The notes under the pieces: model-generated
Database searches by the model: none
The model's input: the letters and a program-made list of their open reading frames with translations, nothing else
Told to the model about the DNA's origin: nothing
In this document: positions 1-8,445 of the stretch, piece after piece
Layout of the letters: every line of letters starts with the position of its first letter
How positions within the stretch are numbered: the first letter of the stretch is position 1
Translations under genes and position numbers: made by a program
Source of the DNA: Geopsychrobacteraceae bacterium
GTDB taxonomy: Bacteria > Desulfobacterota > Desulfuromonadia > Desulfuromonadales > Geopsychrobacteraceae
Direction of reading: 5' to 3'
Length of the DNA stretch: 64,000 nucleotides
NCBI GenBank assembly: GCA_963676795.2
Contig: CAXXTB010000002.1
Span: 2,176,001-2,240,000, forward strand

Positions 1-1885
1 GAGTTGCCAGATTGAGCAGGATCAGCCCGTTCGGATTATTGATCTCATGGGCCATACCGGCGGCCAGCTCCCCTAGCGAAGCCAGCTGGCTATGACGTGC
101 CGCCTCCTGCCGCAACCGGACCGACTCGGTAATATCGCTGGCCAGTTCGATGACGTTGACAACCTTTCCGGCGGCATCCTTGACCGGGAAGGCCTTGACC
201 CCGAACATCGTTCCGGAGCTAGTCCTGGTGACCATATTCTGCGGTTCTCCGCTTTCAAAACAGCGCAGGGAGACACATTCGTTACAGGGCAGGTCACGTT
301 CATGCCAGTAATTGTAACAATAACTGCCGTCCTCTTCGCTCTCCTTCATCCCCCAACGGATTTCCTGAGCGCTCTTGTTGGCCCAGATGACATGCATATC
401 AGGAGAGATCAGAATCAACGCGTCCTGAATACTGTCAAGCACGGTCTGAAATTCGGATGAAAGCCGGCGGTATTCGCTTTCTCTGGCCAACAGATCCGCT
501 TCAACCTCTTTCCGCGCCCTGATCTCGCCATCCAGCTCGTCGCGCCCGGCCGTCACCTTCTGCAGGTTGGCAGCCATATCATTGAAGGCACGGCTGATCT
601 GGCTGACCTCGTCCCTGCCCCGCACCGGCAGGCGGATATCGAGATGCCCCTTGCTCATCTCTCCGAGGGCGAGAACCGTTTTATTCAGCGGCGCGAACAG
701 CCGCTCGGCAATGACGGCATTGAACACCAGAGCCAGAAGCACGACAATGCCGCTGATCAGAAGCATCGAGACGATAACCTGATTGATCGTTCTGCCGACC
801 CTCTTTTCTACATCCTGAAAGTCGTCAAGGTAATAGCCGGCAACAATGACCCAGTCCCAGGGCTCGAAATAAGCAATACCGGCCAGTTTCTCACGCGGAG
901 CAGATTGAGGGGTGTCACTCCTGGCATAGCGGACGTAGTCGGTTGGGATGACCCCGTGTTCCGGTTCGGGCAATGCCAGAGCCTTGGCGATGATCTCGCG
1001 AACCGGGTAATTTCCGTCCCGATCCTGAAAATCATAAAAGTTTTCCCCGTCCTGCTCACCATGAGGAGAGATGATGTAGTGCCCTTTCTGACCTCCCTGA
1101 GCACCCAGCACGTAGACATAGCCGGTTTTACCGACCACAATATCCATGATGCTGTTGCGCAGGCTGATCAGATCATCCTGCTTGACGCCGACGTACAACA
1201 CGCCGACAATCTGCTGCTCCTCATTGTAAATCGGTTGATAGGCGGTGATATACCAGGCATTGACGACAAAAGCCCGGCCATGAAAAATGTCCCCCTGCAA
1301 AACCTTGGCGATAACCGGGTTCGGGGTTCCATCCGGGTTGGTGCGCGGGATATAGGTGCCAATCGCCCGGGTTCCGTCGCTCTGCTCAACGTTCGTCGCG
1401 ACCCGGAGCATATCGCCCTGCTCATTCATCCGCTGAAAGATCGTACAGGTTCCGCCGACCAGGGATTTGACCTTGTCAACAACAGCCGTTTCACTGGCAA
1501 AGGAATGATTCTGTCCCAACCATGTCCCATCCAGATAGACTTTGGGCAGATCGATCCGCTCGCTTTTGCCGCTATACTGGTTGACCGCATTCCAGGAAAC
1601 CTTGTCATCCGACTGAAAATGCAGGGTGCCACTCTTGGTCAGAACGTCCGCCGCAACCCTCAGGTGATCGGCCATGGTCCGTTCGGTCGCACTCTTCATC
1701 GCTTCGGTCATCAGATAAACGTTCTGGGCGATCTGGGTGGCACGTTCACGGCCTGCAGCATTGAGCTCTTCCTGCATAGCCCGTTCGAGATTGAGCTTCT
1801 GATAAAAAAGCTCCCCCATGATCGCCAGAAAGGTAAACAGGACGATCAGCAGACTGCTGAGCAGTATGAGGTGCTTGATCTTCAT
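1..1885 (-). CDS. Sensor histidine kinase (TM-periplasmic Cache-like-TM-HAMP-PAS-HisKA), truncated by window edge
   Basis: Manual minus-strand translation from ATG 1885: MKIKHLILLSSLLIVLFTFLAIMG (TM), HAMP 'GHLDIRLPVRGRDEVSQISRAFNDMAANL', PAS 'VLDSIQDALILISPDMHVIWANKSA', H-box 'LASLGELAAGMAHEINNP'. It runs off the left end, so it is absent from the ORF track. Confidence 0.88.
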   Translation of the reverse strand, partial: MKIKHLILLSSLLIVLFTFLAIMGELFYQKLNLERAMQEELNAAGRERATQIAQNVYLMTEAMKSATERTMADHLRVAADVLTKSGTLHFQSDDKVSWNAVNQYSGKSERIDLPKVYLDGTWLGQNHSFASETAVVDKVKSLVGGTCTIFQRMNEQGDMLRVATNVEQSDGTRAIGTYIPRTNPDGTPNPVIAKVLQGDIFHGRAFVVNAWYITAYQPIYNEEQQIVGVLYVGVKQDDLISLRNSIMDIVVGKTGYVYVLGAQGGQKGHYIISPHGEQDGENFYDFQDRDGNYPVREIIAKALALPEPEHGVIPTDYVRYARSDTPQSAPREKLAGIAYFEPWDWVIVAGYYLDDFQDVEKRVGRTINQVIVSMLLISGIVVLLALVFNAVIAERLFAPLNKTVLALGEMSKGHLDIRLPVRGRDEVSQISRAFNDMAANLQKVTAGRDELDGEIRARKEVEADLLARESEYRRLSSEFQTVLDSIQDALILISPDMHVIWANKSAQEIRWGMKESEEDGSYCYNYWHERDLPCNECVSLRCFESGEPQNMVTRTSSGTMFGVKAFPVKDAAGKVVNVIELASDITESVRLRQEAARHSQLASLGELAAGMAHEINNPNGLILLNLAT

Positions 1886-1976
1886 GGGGAATCTTCCTTC
1901 TATGAAATTAATATACAATAATAATCGACCTGTGACAGGATCGCAATCATTGAAAAACAAAGGAAGGAAAAGATCA

Positions 1977-2009
1977 GTCCCGGAATCTTTATGCAAAGAA
2001 TTCCGGGAC
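1977..2009. terminator. Stem-loop downstream of dnaB
   Basis: gtcccggaat...attccgggac inverted repeat just past the dnaB stop. Confidence 0.5.
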
Positions 2010-2024
2010 CGGAGTAGCTAGAAA

Positions 2025-3398
2025 TTAATAGGATTCTTCGCGGTGATGAGCCTGGTTTTCGAAGCGGGTAAACTGCCCCTGATAGGTCAGGTGGACGGTA
2101 CCGATCGGCCCGTTCCGCTGCTTGCCGATGATGATTTCGGCGTCTTTTTCGTGGCCTTTGTCGCAGGTCCGCTCCCGGCTCTTGCAGTCATCGCAGTAGA
2201 CCGCGTCACGGTAGACGAACATGATGACGTCGGCATCCTGCTCGATCGCGCCCGACTCACGCAGGTCAGACATCATCGGCCGCTTGTCGGTCCGGCTTTC
2301 CAGAGAACGGTTCAGCTGCGACAGGGCGACAACCGGCACGTTCAGTTCCTTGGCCAACGCCTTGAGCGAACGGGAGATCTCCGAGATCTCCTGCTGGCGG
2401 TTTTCCGTACTACTGCCGCGCATCAGCTGCAGGTAGTCGACGATGATCAGCCCCAGGCCATGTTCGGCCTTGAGCCGCCGGCACTTGGAACGCAGTTCGA
2501 GGACGGTAATCGCCGGGGTATCATCGACAAACAGCTGCGATTCATTCAGTTCACCGGCAGCCATGGTCAGTTTCGGCCAGTCCGACTCGGCCAGGTGACC
2601 GGTCCGCATCCGTCCTGCGTCGACCCTGGCCAGGGCACAGAGCATCCGGGTGACCATCTGTTCCTTGCTCATCTCCAGGGAAAAGATGACCGCAGGAACC
2701 GGAGCCTGCTTGTTGGTCGCCGCGTGTTCGATCAGGTTCAGCGCAAAGGCAGTCTTCCCCATCGACGGACGTCCGGCGATGATGATCAGGTCACTCGGCT
2801 GCATGCCGGCGGTCATCTTGTCCAGATCGGCAAATCCGGTCGGAACCCCGGTGACCAGCTCTTTCCGCTCATAGAGTTTTTCGATGTTCTTGAAGGTGTC
2901 CTTGAGGATGTCGCGGACCGGAAAGAAGGATGGACTGCCACGGTTCTCGGCGATTTCAAAGATCGCCTTTTCGGCCTGGTCGAGAATTTCGTCCATATCG
3001 CCACCTTCGTAACCGCTGGTCGCAATATCGGTCGAGACCTCGATCAGCTTTCTGGCCACTGACTTTTCCTTGACCAGTTTGCAGTAATAGCTGATGTTCG
3101 CCGCCGTTGGCACGTAGCCGGCCAGGGTGGCAATGTAGGAACTGCCGCCGACATCGTCGAGCGTTCCCTGTTTCTTCAGCACCGCCGATACCGTGACCAG
3201 GTCGGCAGGTTCGCTCTTTTCATTCAGGGAAATGATCGCCTGAAAAATCTTGCGGTGACTTTCGCGATAAAAATCATCCGGTGTGAGCAGCTCAAGGGCC
3301 TTGTTCATGGCTTCATTTTCGAGCAGAATCCCGCCCAGAACGGACATTTCCGCCTCCAGGTTCTGCGGTGGCATACGATGAGATTGAACTTCAGACAT
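2025..3398 (-). CDS. dnaB: Replicative DNA helicase
   Basis: PPQNLEAEMSVLGG N-terminus, Walker A GRPSMGKT, IIVDYLQLM, LSQLNR, SDLRESGAIEQDAD, KQRNGP. Start set at ATG 3398 (MSEVQ). Confidence 0.97.
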   Translation of the reverse strand: MSEVQSHRMPPQNLEAEMSVLGGILLENEAMNKALELLTPDDFYRESHRKIFQAIISLNEKSEPADLVTVSAVLKKQGTLDDVGGSSYIATLAGYVPTAANISYYCKLVKEKSVARKLIEVSTDIATSGYEGGDMDEILDQAEKAIFEIAENRGSPSFFPVRDILKDTFKNIEKLYERKELVTGVPTGFADLDKMTAGMQPSDLIIIAGRPSMGKTAFALNLIEHAATNKQAPVPAVIFSLEMSKEQMVTRMLCALARVDAGRMRTGHLAESDWPKLTMAAGELNESQLFVDDTPAITVLELRSKCRRLKAEHGLGLIIVDYLQLMRGSSTENRQQEISEISRSLKALAKELNVPVVALSQLNRSLESRTDKRPMMSDLRESGAIEQDADVIMFVYRDAVYCDDCKSRERTCDKGHEKDAEIIIGKQRNGPIGTVHLTYQGQFTRFENQAHHREESY

Positions 3399-3640
3399 GG
3401 ATACTTCCTCTGAAAAAATTGATTCGCAGGATAGCAAACTTGTCCCACGCTGAAAACAGGAAAGAGCTTGCACCTGCTATTCACGCACTGGCGCGGCGCT
3501 CCATTGAAAACAATGAACAGGACAATGAAAGCAGGAGTTTCTCTGCTGGCAAGAGGGGAGAAACTAGGCTAAAATGGCGGACAACTTCTCGCCGGCGAAA
3601 GCCCCGGCTCGAAAATAAATAGCTGAAGAAAAGTCCTTTC

Positions 3641-4573
3641 ATGACCTGTTCACCAGAACCTGAAATGAGGCCCGACTTGAAAACCCCTTCACCTTTCAGC
3701 AAGCGCAGAACGGATCTGCTCTCACCCGAGTTTGAAATCATTCACTACGTCGACGAAAACTTCAAGGATGTCGCTTACCATTATCACGACTTCTTCGAAA
3801 TCTACTTTTTCATCAGCGGAGACATCAACTACCACGTCAACGGCGTCATCTACACGCCGAAACCGGGTGACATCATCCTGCTCAACAACCGCACATTTCA
3901 CCGCATGAGCCGGACATCCGGGGAAGCCAACAGCCGCTACGAGCGGATGGTCATCCTCATCGATCCCGATTTCATCCTCGACAATCCGATCTGCGGCAAG
4001 GCGCTGGCCAACTGTTTCGCCATGGATGGTGATGACAGATCCCGCCTTCTGCGCCTTGAGCCGGGGCAAAGAAAACAGATCGACGAGATCACGGCCAAAC
4101 TCGTGGAAGCCTACGCCTGCAAACGTTACGGCGACGACCTGCTGCGCATCATCTACCTTCTGGAACTGCTGGTGCACATCAACAAGGCCAAGCTTGAACA
4201 GGAAGACAAAACTCTCATCTGCGACATCTCCAACGACGCGGAAATCAACTTTATCCTCGAATACCTGAACAGCAACATCGACGGCGATCTGTCGCTTGAC
4301 GCCATAGCCGAGGAGCTGTCGCTCGACAAATACTACCTGATCCGCAAATTCAACGAACGCATGGGGCTCTCCCCCCACCAGTACATCAAGCAAATCCGCC
4401 TGGTCAAAGCCCGCGACCTGCTCAAAAAGGAGATTTCCGTCACCGATGTCTGTTTTCAGTGCGGCTTCAACGACTATTCCAACTTCATCAGATCGTTCAA
4501 ACAGAATTTCGGCGTTTCACCCAAGCAGTTTACCAAGCGTTATCTGGCGAAGAAGCACAGTGCCGTGTCTTAG
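3641..4573 (+). CDS. AraC family transcriptional regulator with N-terminal cupin
   Basis: YHYHDFFEIYFFISG cupin; C-terminal VTDVCFQCGFNDYSNFIRSFKQNFGVSPKQF helix-turn-helix. Alternative start at 3665. Confidence 0.93.
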   Translation: MTCSPEPEMRPDLKTPSPFSKRRTDLLSPEFEIIHYVDENFKDVAYHYHDFFEIYFFISGDINYHVNGVIYTPKPGDIILLNNRTFHRMSRTSGEANSRYERMVILIDPDFILDNPICGKALANCFAMDGDDRSRLLRLEPGQRKQIDEITAKLVEAYACKRYGDDLLRIIYLLELLVHINKAKLEQEDKTLICDISNDAEINFILEYLNSNIDGDLSLDAIAEELSLDKYYLIRKFNERMGLSPHQYIKQIRLVKARDLLKKEISVTDVCFQCGFNDYSNFIRSFKQNFGVSPKQFTKRYLAKKHSAVS

Positions 4574-4661
4574 CTCATCCCGCGACGGGACTTACCCTGC
4601 GTTGGCGGCAAAAACCATTGATAGGCTCCCACGAGCGGCTTCATTTTTTACATTTGAATTT

Positions 4662-4680
4662 TTGTTAAGTTAGTTTACTA
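4662..4680. promoter_or_regulatory. Putative MarR operator 1 (TTGTTAA-N5-TTTACTA)
   Basis: Two-mismatch copy of the perfect palindrome at 5178-5196, ending 7 nt before the marR ATG. Confidence 0.65.
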
Positions 4681-4687
4681 TTTAGTC

Positions 4688-5158
4688 ATGAATAATAAAA
4701 CGACAAAAAACGAATTATATGTGGAAGTGCATCGCCATATCTGGAATCTGGTGAACAAACACAAGACTCTCGACAGGCTCAATCGCAACTTCGGCGTTGA
4801 AAAACTTCTGAACGGGAGTGAAATACACACCCTGACGACTATCGGCGACAACAACATGCTGACCGTCACCCAGATTGCCGACCTGCTTGGAGTGAGCAAG
4901 GCTGCAGCGTCGCAAGCCATTGGAAATCTTCAGAAGAATGGCTACTTAAAAAAACTTAAAGACACCGAGAACAAGCGTGAAGTCTATTTGACCCTGACGG
5001 AAAAAGGGGAACAGGCCTACCAGGGGCATGAGCAGGTATGGGGCAGCCTGTGCCTCAAGTTTCTCTCCGACCTGAAGGAAGAGGAGATTGAAAACTTCAT
5101 CAAGGTGGCTGAGAAGGTCGAAGCCATAGTCGGCTTCGAGATCTCCAAGTACCGCTAA
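4688..5158 (+). CDS. MarR family transcriptional regulator
   Basis: 156 aa; LTVTQIADLLGVSKAAASQAIGNLQKNGYL...DTENKREVYLTLTEKG winged HTH. Confidence 0.93.
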   Translation: MNNKTTKNELYVEVHRHIWNLVNKHKTLDRLNRNFGVEKLLNGSEIHTLTTIGDNNMLTVTQIADLLGVSKAAASQAIGNLQKNGYLKKLKDTENKREVYLTLTEKGEQAYQGHEQVWGSLCLKFLSDLKEEEIENFIKVAEKVEAIVGFEISKYR

Positions 5159-5177
5159 TTTTTTTTGTCGACCACAA

Positions 5178-5196
5178 TAGTTAATTAACTTAACTA
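5178..5196. promoter_or_regulatory. Putative MarR operator 2 (TAGTTAA-N5-TTAACTA)
   Basis: Perfect AT-rich 7-5-7 palindrome upstream of the TRAP operon. Confidence 0.7.
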
Positions 5197-5241
5197 ACCA
5201 TAAAAGCAACAGACACCAGTGACACACAGTCTTCGCAGAAA

Positions 5242-5826
5242 GTGAGGTCGTACCCGGTGGAAAAGCTCAGTCAGACAATCAAAGAGGATTCACGATCATG
5301 TGCCAGCATCTCAGCCTCCACAAAACTATGCTCAGGTGTTGACGGCATAAAGAAGAAAATCACCAGCCTGAGCAAATTTCTCGACCTGCTCGGCGGTTTC
5401 TTCTATTTCTCCCTGATGCTGGTCGTTGTCGTCAACGTCGTCATGCGCACCCTGTTCAGCAAGCCCTTTATCGGCACCGTTGAGATCGTCGAAATCTTCA
5501 CGGCTGTCGCTGTCGGCCTGACCATCTCCTACTGTGCGGTCTTGGAAGAACATATCACCATCGACTTCATTCTCGCCAAGTTCCCAAAAAAGTTTCAGCA
5601 GGTCATCACCTTCATCGTCTACATCCTGTCGCTCGGTTTTCTGATAACCGCCGCCTGGATGATGTTCAAGTACGGGGAGTCGGCGCGGATCAACGGTAAC
5701 GTCTCACCGACAATGGGGATCGGCTACTACCCCTTCATCTACATCATCGCCTTCGGTTTTCTGGTCTATGTACTGGTCGTCCTGTTCAAGGCTGTCAGCC
5801 TGTTCCTGGGGAGGAAGCGCTCATGA
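5242..5826 (+). CDS. TRAP transporter small permease (DctQ-like)
   Basis: 4 TM segments, NVVMR, EEHITID motif; overlaps the large permease by ATGA. Start may be GTG 5257. Confidence 0.9.
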   Translation: MRSYPVEKLSQTIKEDSRSCASISASTKLCSGVDGIKKKITSLSKFLDLLGGFFYFSLMLVVVVNVVMRTLFSKPFIGTVEIVEIFTAVAVGLTISYCAVLEEHITIDFILAKFPKKFQQVITFIVYILSLGFLITAAWMMFKYGESARINGNVSPTMGIGYYPFIYIIAFGFLVYVLVVLFKAVSLFLGRKRS

Positions 5827-7139
5827 CACCACTGACAATCGGAATTATCGCCATCGTTGTCTTTTTGATCCTGATGCTCTGCCGCATGCCGATTGCCATC
5901 TCGCTCGGACTGGTCGGTGTCGTCGGCTTCGCCATGATCGTCAATAAAAAGGCCGCGCTGCGCCTGATCGCTACCGACATCTACAGTGTGTTCAATTCCT
6001 ATACCCTAAGCGTGGTCAGCATGTTCGTGCTGATGGGCTTCATCGCCTACCACGCCGGGCTTGGCCAGAAACTCTACGGCGTGGCCCATCGCCTGCTCGG
6101 CAAGGTTCCCGGTGGCATCGCCATTTCCAGTATCTTCGCCTGCACGATCTTCGGTGCGGTGTGCGGCTCCTGCCCGGCGACCACCGCGACCATCGGTTCC
6201 ATTTCGATCCCGGAGATGAGAAAATACCGTTATCACAACACCCTGGCGACCGGCAGTATTGCCGCAGCCGGAGCCATCGGCATGATCATTCCGCCGAGCG
6301 TCATCTTCATCATCTACGGCACGGCTACCGAGCAGTCGGTCTCCAAGCTGTTTCTGGCCGGGATCATTCCGGGTATCATGCTGGCCGTTTTTTACATGAT
6401 CACTGTCTGGCTGCTGGTCAAACGCCAACCCGATCTGGTTCCGCGCCTGGCTGCCGACGCAATCGATCATAAGGTCGAAAAGGGAAGTTCCGGCGGACTG
6501 ATTGAGGTCGCGATCATCTTTGTCGTCTCCCTGGGCGGACTGTTTGCCGGCTGGTTTACCCCGACCGAGGCGGGTGCCATCGGTGCGATGGGAGCCCTGG
6601 TGGTCACCCTGCTCCGCCGCCAGCTGACCTTGAGAGGGCTCGGTAAAGCCCTGCGCGACACCACCCGGACCACGGCGATGATTATGTTCCTGATCGCCGG
6701 AGCGACCATCTTCAGCCACCTGATCGCGGTCAGCCGCATCCCCTTTGAGCTGGCCACGGCGGTCGGCAACCTGCCGCTGCCAAACTTCGTTATTCTGCTG
6801 ATCATCATGCTTATCTACCTGATCCTCGGCACTTTTCTTGACACCATCCCGTGCATCCTGCTGACCATTCCGATCTTCTACCCGGTGGTCGTCGACCGCC
6901 TGGGCAATGATCCGATCTGGTTCGGTGTCATGATCCTGATGGTCTCGGCGGTCGGTGTCATCACCCCGCCGGTCGGCATCAATGTCTACGTTGTCAAGGG
7001 GGTCGCCAAGGACGTACCGATTGAAACCATCTTCAACGGCGTCATGCCCTTCATGATCACCGGGCTGATCGCCTGCATCCTGATTATTCTGTTTCCGTCG
7101 ATCGCAACCTTCCTGCCATACCTGCTGCTCGGTCGATAG
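5823..7139 (+). CDS. TRAP transporter large permease (DctM-like)
   Basis: Highly hydrophobic 438 aa; IIPPS, FTPTEAGA, DPIWFGV, ITPPVG motifs. Confidence 0.95.
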   Translation: MTPLTIGIIAIVVFLILMLCRMPIAISLGLVGVVGFAMIVNKKAALRLIATDIYSVFNSYTLSVVSMFVLMGFIAYHAGLGQKLYGVAHRLLGKVPGGIAISSIFACTIFGAVCGSCPATTATIGSISIPEMRKYRYHNTLATGSIAAAGAIGMIIPPSVIFIIYGTATEQSVSKLFLAGIIPGIMLAVFYMITVWLLVKRQPDLVPRLAADAIDHKVEKGSSGGLIEVAIIFVVSLGGLFAGWFTPTEAGAIGAMGALVVTLLRRQLTLRGLGKALRDTTRTTAMIMFLIAGATIFSHLIAVSRIPFELATAVGNLPLPNFVILLIIMLIYLILGTFLDTIPCILLTIPIFYPVVVDRLGNDPIWFGVMILMVSAVGVITPPVGINVYVVKGVAKDVPIETIFNGVMPFMITGLIACILIILFPSIATFLPYLLLGR

Positions 7140-7262
7140 AGACTTGTAAAAACTTGAATGGTTCATGTTCTGGACAGGTGAGAGGGATAGTCGCATCAGC
7201 ACACGGGCGATCAGTGATGATCAGCCAAAAGTGCGTAACCACTTTCAAATGGGAGGAAAGGT

Positions 7263-8339
7263 ATGACGTCAATCAAAAACAGGCTTTTCAAAAGCCTCAG
7301 TACCCTGTGTCTGCTGGCCGTGGCAATCGGACTGCTGAGTTTTCCGGTTGAAGCGGAAGCCCAGAAAAAAACGATTCAACTCTCACTGTCGGTCATGTGG
7401 TCGTCCAACATGGACATCGTGGCTGACATTATCCCCAAGTGGAATAAGTTCCTCAGTGAGGCAACCGACGGCCAGGTCGAAATCGTCGTCTATCCGGGCG
7501 GCACCCTGACCAAGGCAACCGAGGCCTACGAAGGCGTCGTCCAGGGGGTCTCCGATATGGCGATCGTCGCCTACCCCCTGACCCGCGGCCGGTTCCCGGT
7601 CATCGAGACCTTCGTCCTGCCGGGGATCCAGTACAACAACGCCATGGCCGCCAGCATGATGTTCAACGAAGGGATGAAGGTTCTCAAACCGGCCGAGCAT
7701 AGCGATACCCATTTTCTCTGGGGCTTCGCCGCCGGTCCGGGAGAGATCCAGAGCCAGGTCCCGGTCCGCACCCGCGCCGACCTGAAAGGGCTTGAGATCG
7801 CGGTCAACTCGGGCAACCGCGTCACAGCCATGAAACTGCTCGGCGCAGCACCGATCATGATGCCGACCCCCGACTGGTACGAAGCGCTGCAGCGCGGCGT
7901 CATGAAATCGGCACTGATCGCCGGCGAAGTGCTCGAAGGCTACCGTCAGTTCGAGGTCAACGGCGATTACGTCACCGTCACCCCCTTTCTGTTCAACCAG
8001 GTCTTCGGCATGATCATCAACAACGACTCCTGGAACTCCCTCCCGGCCGATTTACAAAAAGCCCTCTCCGTCCTGCCCGAGGAGCTGCCTGGCCTGTGGG
8101 ACAAACTGAACAGGGATGGCTACAAGATGAACGCCGAGCACAAAAAGGTTGAAATCATCCACTTAAGCCCTGAAGAAAACGATGCATGGCTGGCCGCCAT
8201 TGAGCCGGTTGCCGACGAACATGCCAAGGAACTCGATAAGAAAGGGCTGCCGGGCAAGCAGATCATCAAGCAGGTCAAGGATCTGGCCGCCAAATACAAC
8301 GCCATGTATCCAGAGGTTGCACCTTATCTCAACTATTAA
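7263..8339 (+). CDS. TRAP substrate-binding protein (DctP-like)
   Basis: Signal peptide ending AEA; ATDGQVEIVVYPGGTL, YEGVVQGVSD, WYEALQRG, WNSLPADLQ. Confidence 0.92.
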   Translation: MTSIKNRLFKSLSTLCLLAVAIGLLSFPVEAEAQKKTIQLSLSVMWSSNMDIVADIIPKWNKFLSEATDGQVEIVVYPGGTLTKATEAYEGVVQGVSDMAIVAYPLTRGRFPVIETFVLPGIQYNNAMAASMMFNEGMKVLKPAEHSDTHFLWGFAAGPGEIQSQVPVRTRADLKGLEIAVNSGNRVTAMKLLGAAPIMMPTPDWYEALQRGVMKSALIAGEVLEGYRQFEVNGDYVTVTPFLFNQVFGMIINNDSWNSLPADLQKALSVLPEELPGLWDKLNRDGYKMNAEHKKVEIIHLSPEENDAWLAAIEPVADEHAKELDKKGLPGKQIIKQVKDLAAKYNAMYPEVAPYLNY

Positions 8340-8353
8340 CAGCATCGACAAGC

Positions 8354-8382
8354 TGTCCGGGTCACTCAGGGTGACCCGGACA
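8354..8382. terminator. Perfect 12-bp hairpin after dctP (terminator or mRNA stabiliser)
   Basis: tgtccgggtcac-tcagg-gtgacccggaca, with no U-tract. Confidence 0.55.
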
Positions 8383-8445
8383 ACCTTAAGATCGAAGAAT
8401 CAAGCTGGCGCAAAAGAGCAAAAGTTTCACTAATTCTTTTTACGA

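Noticed and set aside
644..1921. 425-aa plus-strand ORF
   Set aside because: It is the in-register antisense shadow of the minus-strand histidine kinase (1..1885) and has no recognisable motifs.
2025..3398. Intein in dnaB
   Set aside because: The length is normal, with no splicing motifs or endonuclease insert.
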